64,000 nt of DNA from a virus. Shown in pieces: positions 16,890-26,710 of this stretch. The notes beneath the pieces are model-generated. The model ran no database searches and was not told the DNA's origin. It worked only from the letters and a program-made list of their open reading frames with translations. The translations under genes were made by a program, and so were the position numbers. The stretch is taken from the IMG/VR virus record IMGVR_UViG_3300032236_001082, positions 32,001-96,000 of that record; one strand, given 5' to 3'. The number at the start of each line of letters is the position of its first letter. Positions within the stretch are counted from its first letter, which is position 1.

Positions 16890-17196
16890 TGTTATCCTCA
16901 TATCCAAATAGAACTGCGCTGTTTACAAAGTAAAACTTATCTCCCGACGCATCTTTGATTTCTGTAGCATGGTTTGGAGAGTAGTATACTACCATACCAG
17001 CTTCAATTGTGTCAACTGGGTAAAGCTGTCCATTAAATGAACTAACTTCACCTGGACCAACTTTAATTACTGTTCCTCGCTTTAGATCCTGCTCAGTGGC
17101 AGTTGCTGTTAGAACCAATCCTGAAGCGGTCTTTGATTCTGTTGTTTCAATTTCTTTAACAAGCAATAGCTTGCCTAAAGGGTTTAAATTAGTCAT
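16882..17196 (-). CDS. groES: Co-chaperonin GroES
   Basis: L.PLG..LLVK...E.KTASGLVL...G.V.KVGPG. Confidence 0.88.
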   Translation of the reverse strand: MTNLNPLGKLLLVKEIETTESKTASGLVLTATATEQDLKRGTVIKVGPGEVSSFNGQLYPVDTIEAGMVVYYSPNHATEIKDASGDKFYFVNSAVLFGYEDNNA

Positions 17197-17398
17197 TTTC
17201 CATATCCATTTCTATATAATCTGGGCTATCTATCGGTGTGCCTATGGTGTATTTTGTATCACAATTATAGCATTTACCATTAATTCCGTACATTCCAATT
17301 TCATAATCTTGTGGGTCAACCACAATCCAAGTTACAAATCTGCCAGAGCTACAATTAGGACATACTGGAGATGGTATGCCAGTATAATCTATACTCAT
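17189..17398 (-). CDS. Zn-ribbon protein
   Basis: CPNC...CYNC. Confidence 0.65.
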   Translation of the reverse strand: MSIDYTGIPSPVCPNCSSGRFVTWIVVDPQDYEIGMYGINGKCYNCDTKYTIGTPIDSPDYIEMDMEND

Positions 17399-17573
17399 CC
17401 TAAGTAAATTACTCTAGCGACGGTCATGCAAGGATCCCCGCCGTCTTCCCATTCTTTAACTTCTTCTTCTGTCATTACATCATAACCACCGTCATGTGTT
17501 TGACAAAATGGATTACTTACATAACCCTTATTAACACCTTCGTTAAACCAATCCCAAAACTCTGTATCTGACA

Positions 17574-18128
17574 TTATTTGCTCCTCGCAGCCTTATTTGC
17601 TTTTTGCTGTCTTACAATTTGAAAAGGTCCAGATGTATAAATATCATTGTTAGCAGCAATCTCTAGTGCTTTTTCTACAGAAACACCAGCGTACAACGCA
17701 CCAATAGCGAATTGTGAACCATTGCCCACACCATATATGCCGTCGCTATTCAGCAAAACACTAAAATCGTTTCCGATATCAAACACTTCTCCGTTGTATG
17801 CAAACAACATGCTGAAACCAGAATCTTTATCTTCATTATCTTTCTTCCAACCATTTTCTTCTAACGCTTCTCTCATGGCTGGAATAAACTTTACAATCAT
17901 GAACTTGTAAAGGTCTTCACGTTCTTTAGCTGTAGGAACTGGGGGAACAAAGATATGCTGAAGGATATCGCATGGAGTAGAGTCACCACTACCAGCTATC
18001 AACCAGCCGTTATTCTTCGTAATCTTTTCCATTTGCGGATGCTTATTTGGTCTTGATCCATCAGAAACCTGAGAGTCAGCACCCATTGTAACGTTTCCGT
18101 TTTTTACTACCGCTACGATTGTTGTCAT
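17574..18128 (-). CDS. Ntn-hydrolase (HslV/proteasome beta-like) peptidase
   Basis: N-terminal MTTI, ADSQ, K, GxGSxFAIGAL, D.YT.GP. Confidence 0.8.
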   Translation of the reverse strand: MTTIVAVVKNGNVTMGADSQVSDGSRPNKHPQMEKITKNNGWLIAGSGDSTPCDILQHIFVPPVPTAKEREDLYKFMIVKFIPAMREALEENGWKKDNEDKDSGFSMLFAYNGEVFDIGNDFSVLLNSDGIYGVGNGSQFAIGALYAGVSVEKALEIAANNDIYTSGPFQIVRQQKANKAARSK

Positions 18129-18421
18129 CCGTTTACCTGCTTTAAGATTTCATCTGATAACTTTGCTGTGATCTTGTCACCTAGCAGACCATCGTTTATC
18201 TTATAAACTTGGGGAATGCTTTTAATGTTGTATTGGTTTAAGTACTCAGCACCAATCTTATCAACATCAACAAAAAAGTATTCACGTGACTCGTCTTGCA
18301 TAGCAGCTTTTGCCATTTGAGGCTTTAACTGCTTGCATGGACCGCACCATTCAGCACTAAAGTAAACAACAGCATCCTTTGCTGCAATTACTTCTTCCAT
18401 ATCATTAGTTATCTTAATCAT
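18125..18421 (-). CDS. trxA: Thioredoxin
   Basis: WCGPC, I.SIP. Confidence 0.92.
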   Translation of the reverse strand: MIKITNDMEEVIAAKDAVVYFSAEWCGPCKQLKPQMAKAAMQDESREYFFVDVDKIGAEYLNQYNIKSIPQVYKINDGLLGDKITAKLSDEILKQVNG

Positions 18422-18429
18422 TTCTGCTC

Positions 18430-18660
18430 CTAAGCAATTAATTCGTTGGCAAGAATTTCGTTGCCAAGATACCTACGTTTAATTATAAATTCTCTAACAG
18501 AGTCTGGGCCCTTTGATCGTGCACAAAGAACTACAACCCAACGTGGCTCTAACTTAAGGTCAATACAAGATTGACACATCAGCGAAGAAACCCCATCAAT
18601 AAGTTCTGACTTCTTAGGGTGTAACTCATTCTTTTGTTTACCGCAGGAATAACATTTCAT
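18430..18660 (-). CDS. Zn-finger hypothetical protein
   Basis: CYSC...CQSC. Confidence 0.65.
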   Translation of the reverse strand: MKCYSCGKQKNELHPKKSELIDGVSSLMCQSCIDLKLEPRWVVVLCARSKGPDSVREFIIKRRYLGNEILANELIA

Positions 18661-18798
18661 TCCTCTTCCTCCAAATCATCATAAAGCAATTCGTAATCAT
18701 CCTTTTCAACAATCACGTCGTACATAACTCCACCGTACATATATCTAACTCTAGAAGCATAAGCTCCTTCTGAAACAAGTTCAGCAAAAATGCCTTCT

Positions 18799-19068
18799 TT
18801 AATTAAAAGGACTTTTCGGTGCAGGGACATATTTTATTCCTTCTATTTCACATCGAACCCCAAAGGATTCTATCAACTGTCTACAAAGTAACAAGTACTC
18901 CATGATATCTGCTCTCTTATCAATTTCGTATTGCATTATGTTTTCTTCGTATACAGTCAAAGCTAGATAGTTTGGACGTGCTCTTACGTCCATCTTAAGA
19001 TCCTTTACTGGCATCTTAACGTTTCGTATGGCTTTTGCCATAGCTACATTATAAAATATTTTTTCCAT
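18799..19068 (-). CDS. Hypothetical protein
   Basis: ORF track. Confidence 0.65.
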   Translation of the reverse strand: MEKIFYNVAMAKAIRNVKMPVKDLKMDVRARPNYLALTVYEENIMQYEIDKRADIMEYLLLCRQLIESFGVRCEIEGIKYVPAPKSPFN

Positions 19069-19369
19069 GGATTTTCTTTAAAGTATTCCAAGTTTCTGCG
19101 CTTTTGTGCAAATTGTTTTGCTTATCTATGCGCCCTAGATCCATGAAGATTCCTCCACGTACACCAAATTCTTTATTAGCAACGCCTTCTTTATAGCATT
19201 GCTTAATAACTGGACAACTCAAACAAACTTCGTCTGCAGTTTGTGCCATGATCTTATCGTTTTCGTAATCATCATAAAACCAATTGATGTTCATCCCAGC
19301 ACATGCTGCTAGGTGGTACCACTTTAGATCTTCCGCATCAATTCCTAATGACTTAAGTATATTTGACAT
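19049..19369 (-). CDS. whiB: WhiB family transcription factor
   Basis: W...AAC...C..CPV...C...GVRGG. Confidence 0.9.
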   Translation of the reverse strand: MSNILKSLGIDAEDLKWYHLAACAGMNINWFYDDYENDKIMAQTADEVCLSCPVIKQCYKEGVANKEFGVRGGIFMDLGRIDKQNNLHKSAETWNTLKKIHGKNIL

Positions 19370-19586
19370 ATTTTGATGGAATTAACCATGTACCCTTGTC
19401 TGTTAGAGGGTAATTATTTGCATATCCCCAACGATTATTTTTAAACATGCCATTTGTTTGGCTAAAACCATTATGACCTGGGGACCACTTTACAATTGTG
19501 TAACCGTCCCAATAGAACCCAGCCTTTTTGTTATCTTCAACAAACTTGTGGGCCTGGTTGTAGTTTAGTTCTTCTACGTTTTTCAT
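19353..19586 (-). CDS. Hypothetical protein
   Basis: ORF track. Confidence 0.65.
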   Translation of the reverse strand: MKNVEELNYNQAHKFVEDNKKAGFYWDGYTIVKWSPGHNGFSQTNGMFKNNRWGYANNYPLTDKGTWLIPSKYVKYT

Positions 19587-19711
19587 ATTTGTCTTGGCAA
19601 CTTGCTTTCTTTTTGTGTTTTCTGTTCTTTTAAAAGATTCTTAATTTCTTCTAAAAGGCTTACTATCTGAGTAAGCTGGTCTTCTATTATAACATTTTTA
19701 TTCATTATCTG

Positions 19712-20083
19712 TCAAGCACTTTCCACTATACGGGTGGGAATCCCATATTCTTTTAATATTTTAATAAAGGATTTAGTCCTGTTGCACCCAGTAGAAAATA
19801 CAATTGCATATTCTAAACCAGAATCCATAACTGCCATATCATTAACAACAGGAGCTTTTCCCCTGTGCAATTCTTCTTTTAATTTAAAATTCTTTTGCCT
19901 TAAAAATCTTTCGGTCTTGCCAACGTATTCAGTTACCATATTTTCGGCACCCTTAAGACCAGTATGTACTAATAGGATATTGTCATGTCCAACATCATGT
20001 GCTTCTTGAATGAACACAGTCATGTTACGCATAAGATCTGGATAGTCTACCCAGTCCTTACTACCAAATACTCCTACCTTCAT
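19712..20083 (-). CDS. SLOG/DUF2493-like protein
   Basis: MKVGVFGSKDWxDY...VH.G.KGAE. Confidence 0.65.
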   Translation of the reverse strand: MKVGVFGSKDWVDYPDLMRNMTVFIQEAHDVGHDNILLVHTGLKGAENMVTEYVGKTERFLRQKNFKLKEELHRGKAPVVNDMAVMDSGLEYAIVFSTGCNRTKSFIKILKEYGIPTRIVESA

Positions 20084-20100
20084 TTTTTCTCCCTAGAAAT

Positions 20101-20131
20101 GGGACAGCGGAGGTTTTAATCCCCGCTGTCC
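20101..20131 (-). terminator. Hairpin/terminator after 20149 gene
   Basis: GGACAGCGG...CCGCTGTCC inverted repeat. Confidence 0.55.
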
Positions 20132-20148
20132 TATACTTTATAATAAGA

Positions 20149-20904
20149 TTAAAGCTTACCGTGAATTCTTGGTGCGAATGCTCCGCCCCAAACTGATTTC
20201 TTCATCTCTTTTTCTTCTTTTGCTTCGTCTTCTTTAGACTCTGAAGCTTCTTCTTCTGCTGATTCCTTTTCATCTGCTGCTTTAGCGATGCTATCGAAAC
20301 CTGCTGCTTCGTGATCTGGAGCTGTCTCTGCTGATACTACTGGAGCACCATCTACAGTCTTTTCCATAGGCATAGATTGACCACAATGTGGGCACTTCTC
20401 TGCTGCTGCTTTAGACATTCCTGAACACTCGCAAAGTGTCATAGACTTACCGCAATCTGGGCAGTCTGCTGCTTTCTCTATAGGCTCAGTAGTTTCTCCC
20501 TTTGAAGGAGCTTCTTCTGTTGTGTTTGCAGTAGTTCCAACTGTTGTGTGTGGAATCTCTGCTGACTTTGTGATAGCAATTGCACTCTGTGCATCTGGCT
20601 CAGTTGTTGCTGTACCAGGGTTTGAATAAGAATTTTCTGTTGTTGTTGATGTATTAACATCTAATGTTTTTTCTGTCATTTTTTTTTCACCACCGTTCGT
20701 AAATAAATTTGAATCAAACATTGATGCAATATCCTTATTTTCTGATACCACATGTTGTTTGACATAGTGTTCTAAGTGATTATCGCTAATCTCTTCGTGC
20801 TGACTACTAGATGAGGAAAATGGAGAAACAACGCCAGGATCTGGCTTCCACGACTTTAAAATTTCTGCAGTTAATTTTACTACTTTATCGTAGACGTTCT
20901 CCAT
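20149..20904 (-). CDS. Low-complexity acidic protein, possible internal virion protein
   Basis: Repeated (I/M)xK(S/A) motifs, CxxC, C-terminal KKSVWGGAF. Confidence 0.6.
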   Translation of the reverse strand: MENVYDKVVKLTAEILKSWKPDPGVVSPFSSSSSQHEEISDNHLEHYVKQHVVSENKDIASMFDSNLFTNGGEKKMTEKTLDVNTSTTTENSYSNPGTATTEPDAQSAIAITKSAEIPHTTVGTTANTTEEAPSKGETTEPIEKAADCPDCGKSMTLCECSGMSKAAAEKCPHCGQSMPMEKTVDGAPVVSAETAPDHEAAGFDSIAKAADEKESAEEEASESKEDEAKEEKEMKKSVWGGAFAPRIHGKL

Positions 20905-20917
20905 TATTCCCCCTAAA

Positions 20918-21175
20918 TTAGTTAGCTGTTGGGCGTGTTGCGTTGTTTACGCTACCCTGCTCTGTTGACACGATTGGTCCACCAAATGCTGCACCTGTAG
21001 TCATTGACTCGTTTGCACCTGTAAGTGGGCTCTGTACTGAAGCTCCTGACATGATCTTTGGCTCGTGTACTCCAAGATTCGTTACAGCGTGAGCTGCTGC
21101 AGAATTTGGGGATGATGCTGATGTTACCTCTGGAGCTGTTGCTGCCTGAGATGGGGTCTGCTGATTGTTATCCAT
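20918..21175 (-). CDS. Low-complexity hypothetical protein
   Basis: GGAGG RBS, upstream -10. Confidence 0.6.
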   Translation of the reverse strand: MDNNQQTPSQAATAPEVTSASSPNSAAAHAVTNLGVHEPKIMSGASVQSPLTGANESMTTGAAFGGPIVSTEQGSVNNATRPTAN

Positions 21176-21221
21176 ATTTCACCTCCATAGTGATTGTATC
21201 TATATTATAGCGCATTAATGA

Positions 21222-21524
21222 TTAATTTGGGAATGGAAAATCAATGCCATTGGCTTCCATCCATTCTATGCCTTTTTTAGTTGCCCTAAATCCAGCATTT
21301 AAGTTCTCGTCATATTCAATTTCTACAAAGCCCTGCTCGTATAAATTCATTAGGTCAGCGTCAATATCTAGCATAATTTCATCATACAGCTCTGGCATAA
21401 CCTCTTTAAGACGCTCAAGGTCAAATCTAAATATAGCCTCACCGTCTTCTGCCATGCCGTCCCAAATAACGGCACCCTGCTCCTCTAGCCAGCCAATAAT
21501 CTTATCATCGTCTTTATCAACCAT
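21222..21524 (-). CDS. Hypothetical (winged-helix-like) protein
   Basis: Leaderless ATG after GGTACAAT; L..LYEQGF.EI...T.KG. Confidence 0.65.
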   Translation of the reverse strand: MVDKDDDKIIGWLEEQGAVIWDGMAEDGEAIFRFDLERLKEVMPELYDEIMLDIDADLMNLYEQGFVEIEYDENLNAGFRATKKGIEWMEANGIDFPFPN

Positions 21525-21528
21525 TTGA

Positions 21529-22413
21529 TTATTGTACCGCCTTTGCCATATTAATAGCAACGACATTTTGCTTTACCATAATGTTGGTATAATTTGTACC
21601 AGTTGATTTAATTAAATCGTACTCTTGGCTATAATTAATATTTTTTGAATTAGCGATCTTTAGCCAATCTGCACCGAATACAGCCACAGAAAGTGAAGTT
21701 CCGTAGTCTGACTTGAATTGGTTATTTGGAATAGCAACTGTCATATTGCCATTAGCTGCGAAGTCCACCTTTGAAGAATAGTTGGCATATAAAGCTAAAC
21801 GCCCCTTGTCATCAATAGCACTAATTGCTAGCACTCCTGGCAAACATGCGGGATTATCAACAGCAGTATAGTTAAATTCATTTCCAGTAGAAACAATTAC
21901 TGGAATGTTACTTGCAATAAGTTTATTAATAGGAGATACGTAACTGGCAGATAGGTTGCAAGAACCAGTACCACCTAATGGCATTACTACCGCTCCAATA
22001 TTATACCTGGCAGTGTTAGCAACTACCCAGTTTAATGATGTGGCAAGCATGTCAGCGTTGCAACCAATGTAGCCATTTGTACCAATTAAAGAAGCACATC
22101 GAAATTCAATAATCTTAACATTAGGATCCGTTTGAGTTGCTGCTGAGGCAACTTCTGTGCCATGGCCCCAAGAAGAATTTGAATACATTGATGGAGTAAC
22201 TGTAGCTGCGCCTGTACCTTCCATAAAGTTCTGCTTGTTTGGACAAGCGTTATAGCCAGATACGCAAACTTCGTAAACAATATTATTTTTAATGGATGAG
22301 TGCTGAATGTCAACACCAGTGTCAATAATCACCATTGTTTTTGATGCAGCAGCGTGAGCTGGGTTAACGATGGCAGCGGAAAATAACGCTAAAATTACAA
22401 TTAGCTTCTTCAT
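21529..22413 (-). CDS. Secreted subtilase (peptidase S8)
   Basis: Signal peptide; IIDTG, HGT, GN, GTSLS. Confidence 0.88.
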   Translation of the reverse strand: MKKLIVILALFSAAIVNPAHAAASKTMVIIDTGVDIQHSSIKNNIVYEVCVSGYNACPNKQNFMEGTGAATVTPSMYSNSSWGHGTEVASAATQTDPNVKIIEFRCASLIGTNGYIGCNADMLATSLNWVVANTARYNIGAVVMPLGGTGSCNLSASYVSPINKLIASNIPVIVSTGNEFNYTAVDNPACLPGVLAISAIDDKGRLALYANYSSKVDFAANGNMTVAIPNNQFKSDYGTSLSVAVFGADWLKIANSKNINYSQEYDLIKSTGTNYTNIMVKQNVVAINMAKAVQ

Positions 22414-22450
22414 TTATATTCTTTCTCTAGTAGTTATAAGGATAATACTA

Positions 22451-23167
22451 TCAGTTAGATAATATGCTGTCAAGCTTATCTATGATGCCATCCATAATTT
22501 TTTCAAATGTTTCTTTATTTGGATGGTCTAACTTAAAACCAGCATATTGAGGATCTAAGCAGTCTCTACATGTGTGGCATTCGTAAGATTCATCAAGCTT
22601 ATCAACACCTAATATATCTTCTATACTAATTGGTTTATCTAAACCTCTTGCTTCACATTCTTGCTGTAAGTATTTAATAAATGCTTTCTGGTACGGTTCC
22701 CGCTCTTCAAATGGCAATAGTGGGCTACCAAATCCTAAGATGTTAGTAAATTGTGGCAAAGGCTCTACAAATATAACCCTATTGTTTTTAAAGTAAGCTA
22801 ACGTTCTGTCTATATAAGTTTTAACTGCCACTTCTGGATTCTTAAATCCTTCTAGCGGTAAGAATTGCTTCACATCAATATAACCAAACCAAGGTACAAC
22901 AACAAACTCTTCATCTTTATATTGCTCTAAACAAGGATAGTTGTTGTCTTCATAATAAGAACCTCGGTACCCAGTCTTACCTCTGTGTCCAGAAAAATAA
23001 ATTTCTGTTGTTCCATAGTCTGGAGTTGTCTTACCCATATGGTTTTGAATACATTTTGAAGTTACTGGTATATCTCCTGGACCAAAGTAACAATCTTCTA
23101 CAATACCAGTAGGCAAAGCATTGCGTAATCGCAATGTGTGGCTATCGCCAATAATTAAGATCTTCAT
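22451..23167 (-). CDS. SGNH/GDSL-like hydrolase
   Basis: IIGDSH at N-term, D.HP near C-term. Confidence 0.55.
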   Translation of the reverse strand: MKILIIGDSHTLRLRNALPTGIVEDCYFGPGDIPVTSKCIQNHMGKTTPDYGTTEIYFSGHRGKTGYRGSYYEDNNYPCLEQYKDEEFVVVPWFGYIDVKQFLPLEGFKNPEVAVKTYIDRTLAYFKNNRVIFVEPLPQFTNILGFGSPLLPFEEREPYQKAFIKYLQQECEARGLDKPISIEDILGVDKLDESYECHTCRDCLDPQYAGFKLDHPNKETFEKIMDGIIDKLDSILSN

Positions 23168-23610
23168 TACATAATTGATTTCTTGATAGTGCTAGAAAGC
23201 TGCCAGTTCCATTTCTGATGCATGGATTCTCTTATTTCTAAATCGCCAGCTATACCAATCTGACCAGCTTCTTCTGCTGCTTTATGTGCTACTCTTAAAT
23301 CATTAATAACTATTTCGTTAGACATCAAAAAGCTTTCAATCTGATCAAGCGGGTTATTCCCAAAATAAAATGAACTAATGTTTCTATTCTCAATAAACTG
23401 CTCTAGCATGTGTGGGGCTGGAGTATTAAGTTTACGTAACATCTCTGAAATATCATCAATAGACTCATAAACATCTTCATAGATTTCCAAGAACTTAGAA
23501 TGCATCTCTGGGAATAGCATGCCCTCTACATTCCAGTGATAGCCGTGAATTTGAAAATAAGCAGTAACTACGTCTGCTTGTAATTTCTTTAATGCCTCTG
23601 TTAATTCCAT
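23167..23610 (-). CDS. dps: Dps/ferritin-like protein
   Basis: HGYHWNVEG..F...H..F.EIYE...DDISE; HQKW.WQL. Confidence 0.88.
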   Translation of the reverse strand: MELTEALKKLQADVVTAYFQIHGYHWNVEGMLFPEMHSKFLEIYEDVYESIDDISEMLRKLNTPAPHMLEQFIENRNISSFYFGNNPLDQIESFLMSNEIVINDLRVAHKAAEEAGQIGIAGDLEIRESMHQKWNWQLSSTIKKSIM

Positions 23611-23807
23611 TAGTTTAATCTCTCCTTAATCCATACCCACAAATGCTCGTGCCAATAATATAACGCTGTCTCAAACAACATCTCGGCAGAAGCTAATTTT
23701 AATCCTACTGTCCATTCACTAGTAATGAATGTACCCAAAAGTGTTACCATTAAAAAGTGAAATAAATACCAGCTAAATGTTTTTAGTAAGATTAGTTTAT
23801 GCTTCAT
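23610..23807 (-). CDS. DUF2061 membrane protein
   Basis: LLKT.SW...YY.HE..W. Confidence 0.7.
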   Translation of the reverse strand: MKHKLILLKTFSWYLFHFLMVTLLGTFITSEWTVGLKLASAEMLFETALYYWHEHLWVWIKERLN

Positions 23808-23939
23808 TTTGTTTTAGCGTATCCTGTCTTCTTTTTGTTCATTGATCCTGGCAACTTCCCGCCAGGTCCTTTGTGATTCTTTTGTCGAATCTCTAAAGCT
23901 TTTTTGATTTTTTCAGTCTTATTTCCCATGATTCTCCTA

Positions 23940-24773
23940 TTATATCATATTATTAATGTCTGGCTTGGTTAAAGTGGCCCAGACACCATTAAAATATCTT
24001 TCTTCTGGCTTAAATCCGCCAGTTATAGTGTGTACAAGTTTAAATAAATCGGGAATTAAGATGTCTCCCTGTTGCCATTTATGCACTATTCTAATGTCTT
24101 CATTGTTCTTCACTTGATCGTTTAAGAACATCATAATTCTATTAAATTCTTTTTCCATTGGATCGGAAGGCTCAAAACCATTATATCTTGCTAAATATTT
24201 GTACTTAGAGGGATCAGCATTGAAATCAACGTGAGCCATCAATTCGCCCGTTCTATAATGTTTAGAAGCGCAATTTGCCAATATGACATCATCAAAATAA
24301 TAAAAATAGGTTTGGGAGTCTGTAATTATCTGTTGCTCTTGAGGATTTAAAAGATTCCATAATTTGTGGGCATCTACAAAGTAAGTTTTACCGCTGTCTG
24401 GACTACAAGTAAATGTCTTCATGTTCCAAATAGCACCAGCAGTTCTATTCTTTCTATAGAAATGCTCTAGGTGCCAAGTGATTACAATATCGTCATTTCC
24501 CCACTTTTCGTTATAAGCGTGTTTGTGGTTTTCTGAATAAAAAGCATAAGCATTAAATGCTTCAAGATTTTCTGGGTCATCAAAAGACTTAGTATTAGGA
24601 AACCAGCCAGCTTTATCTCCAAATATTTTAAGTATTTCTACTTGTTCTTCTTTTGAAACATCCCCACCTCTAAAACAGATGACAGAATTTTCCTCAAATT
24701 TATCAAAATAATATTGAAGGTTATCTTTAATTCCTTCTATACCTGGATACTGTGTAATATATGGACTTAGCAT
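23940..24773 (-). CDS. TauD/TfdA-family 2OG-Fe(II) dioxygenase
   Basis: VICFRG, WHLE, G.TYFVD, HKWQQGDILI.D...H...R. Confidence 0.8.
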   Translation of the reverse strand: MLSPYITQYPGIEGIKDNLQYYFDKFEENSVICFRGGDVSKEEQVEILKIFGDKAGWFPNTKSFDDPENLEAFNAYAFYSENHKHAYNEKWGNDDIVITWHLEHFYRKNRTAGAIWNMKTFTCSPDSGKTYFVDAHKLWNLLNPQEQQIITDSQTYFYYFDDVILANCASKHYRTGELMAHVDFNADPSKYKYLARYNGFEPSDPMEKEFNRIMMFLNDQVKNNEDIRIVHKWQQGDILIPDLFKLVHTITGGFKPEERYFNGVWATLTKPDINNMI

Positions 24774-24998
24774 TTAGTTACTTGATTGGGATGGCTTTTG
24801 ATTGATGTACTCCCGCTCATCAATAATTTCGTATGCTTGATTATCAAGCTTTTCTTGGTTTTTATTGTAATGATGACCACAAAACATTAATTCTCCGCTT
24901 ATTAATTTAACTAAAACAAAAGCTTGAGAACCACATGCATCACATCTATCAATTACATTTAATGTACGATCTGCTTTTTCTTGTGTCATTGTCATCAT
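24774..24998 (-). CDS. Actinobacterial-type small Zn-binding protein (DRCDxC...FCGHH)
   Basis: Start trimmed to ATG 24998 because upstream part is tRNA-Lys. Confidence 0.75.
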   Translation of the reverse strand: MMTMTQEKADRTLNVIDRCDACGSQAFVLVKLISGELMFCGHHYNKNQEKLDNQAYEIIDEREYINQKPSQSSN

Positions 24999-25039
24999 AG
25001 GTATAGTATATCCTTTTATATTAGTAGTTACAAGTTTAG

Positions 25040-25112
25040 TGCCTCCAGTAGGGCTCGAACCTACGACCCGCAGATTAAAAGTCTGCTGCTCTACCAACTG
25101 AGCTATAGAAGC
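25040..25112 (-). tRNA. tRNA-Lys(TTT)
   Basis: Cloverleaf; GCAGA-CTTTTAA-TCTGC; GGTTCGAGCCC. Confidence 0.93.
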
Positions 25113-25244
25113 AAGTGATCAATACAGGTAAAGGGAAACTACTGTATTGATCGTGATACTGCTGGTTTACCCTAGCCTTTTGCCAGCCTATTGTCCACGT
25201 CTGGAGTCGGACCCATTTTCTTCCGCCACGCAATAGTTGTATCG

Positions 25245-25317
25245 TACCCCAAGACAGATTCGAACTGTCGCTGTATGGATTTTAAGTCCACTATCTCTAC
25301 CGCTGGATTACTGGGGC
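25245..25317 (-). tRNA. tRNA-Leu(TAA), short variable arm
   Basis: TGGA-CTTAAAA-TCCA; T arm GACAG-TTCGAAT-CTGTC. Confidence 0.88.
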
Positions 25318-25318
25318 T

Positions 25319-25393
25319 TGGAGCCCCCCGTCAGGATTGAACTGACGACCTTCCGCTTACAAGGCGGATGCTCTACCACTGAGCTAGGGAGGC
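25319..25393 (-). tRNA. tRNA-Thr(TGT)
   Basis: CCGC-CTTGTAA-GCGG; encoded CCA. Confidence 0.93.
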
Positions 25394-25549
25394 GGATGCC
25401 AACCGTGATAAAAAACCGTTGGCTGTAGATACCTATCTAATTCTGCAGAGCAATCTCCATCGTGCTGAACCACTTCGTATGATGCAGTTAGAACTCAATT
25501 TATCGGTATCCAACATCTCAGAATAAATTGTTCAGATTTATTCTTTGAG

Positions 25550-25622
25550 CCCCCTCGGCACGATTCGAACGTGCGACGCAGGCCTTAGAAGAGCCTCGCT
25601 CTATCCTCTGAGCTACGAAGGG
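25550..25622 (-). tRNA. tRNA-Arg(TCT)
   Basis: AGGCT-CTTCTAA-GGCCT. Confidence 0.92.
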
Positions 25623-25629
25623 AAACCTA

Positions 25630-26142
25630 TTATGCAGAAAGAATTTTACTTAAAGAATTAACTGTTGCTGCAATTCTTCCGATATCACGCAACTGTTCTA
25701 CTGTATATCCTTCTTGCTTGAGAGTCTCATAATGCGCCTTAACGCAGAAATGACACTTACCAATAATTGATGAAGCTAATGAATATGCTTCAAACTTAGC
25801 TTTTGTTGTACCGCCGTGTGATGCAATAGCATTCATTCTTAACTGTGCTGGTAAACCAGACAAAGCAGAATCATCCGCCATTTCAACGTAAGGATACCAC
25901 ACATTGTTTTGAGCCATCAAGGCACCAGCAGTCAAAGCAGCATTTTTTTCTACTTCATCCGTTGCGCCTGCAGCAATAAATGCCAAAAGCTTTCCATTTC
26001 CTGTTGCAAAAGCAGCAGCAATTGCTAAATAAGTAACTTGATCTGGGTCAATCGTAGAACGATTGACCACAGCATCTAAGTTCAACTTAATATCTTTTGC
26101 ATATTCTGGCAAAGAATCTTTTAGTTGATCAACCCAAGACAT
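25630..26142 (-). CDS. ahpD: Alkyl hydroperoxide reductase AhpD
   Basis: LPEYAKDIKLNL, MAQNNVWY, CHFC..AH. Confidence 0.92.
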   Translation of the reverse strand: MSWVDQLKDSLPEYAKDIKLNLDAVVNRSTIDPDQVTYLAIAAAFATGNGKLLAFIAAGATDEVEKNAALTAGALMAQNNVWYPYVEMADDSALSGLPAQLRMNAIASHGGTTKAKFEAYSLASSIIGKCHFCVKAHYETLKQEGYTVEQLRDIGRIAATVNSLSKILSA

Positions 26143-26678
26143 TAGAGAGTTGCCCCTCCAAGTGGACGATTGCAAGCACAAAGCTCACCAGTCTGAAGTG
26201 CATCCAAGACACGAAGTGCCTCATCCGCATTGCGACCAACATCTAGGTTGTTTACTGTAATATGCTGAATTACATTCTCTGGGTCAACAATAAATGTTGC
26301 ACGGAGTGTAACTCCTTGTGGGGTAATAATGCCCAAGTCTGATGAGAGTTCACGTGCTGAGTCAGCAAATGCCCATGAGTTTGTCTTAGCAAGATCTTCA
26401 TGGTTATTACGCCAAGCGACCTTACAGAACTCATTATCAACTGAACCTGTCATAAGTACCGCATCACGGTCATTAAAATCATTAACTAACTTGTCGTATG
26501 CAACAATTTCTGTTGGACATACAAACGTAAAATCTTTTGGATAAAATGCAATAATCTTCCACTTTCCAGCGAAAGAATCTTGATTCAAGTTCTCAAAAGA
26601 AGAATCATCATACGCCAATGCTCCTGGCTTAACACCAACAACATTGAAGTTTCCTAACTTATCTCCTACGGTCTTCAT
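26142..26678 (-). CDS. ahpC: Peroxiredoxin AhpC
   Basis: FYPKDFTFVCPTEI, GRN.DE.LRVLDALQT.ELC.CN. Confidence 0.95.
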   Translation of the reverse strand: MKTVGDKLGNFNVVGVKPGALAYDDSSFENLNQDSFAGKWKIIAFYPKDFTFVCPTEIVAYDKLVNDFNDRDAVLMTGSVDNEFCKVAWRNNHEDLAKTNSWAFADSARELSSDLGIITPQGVTLRATFIVDPENVIQHITVNNLDVGRNADEALRVLDALQTGELCACNRPLGGATL

Positions 26679-26710
26679 ATTTCTCCTTATATAAGAAGGC
26701 TTGCGCCTTG

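Noticed and set aside
25155-25243. Theta/HDV-like or hammerhead ribozyme next to tRNA
   Set aside because: Could not build the nested P1-P4 pseudoknot or find CUGAUGA/GAAA cores by eye; kept only as an unknown RNA.
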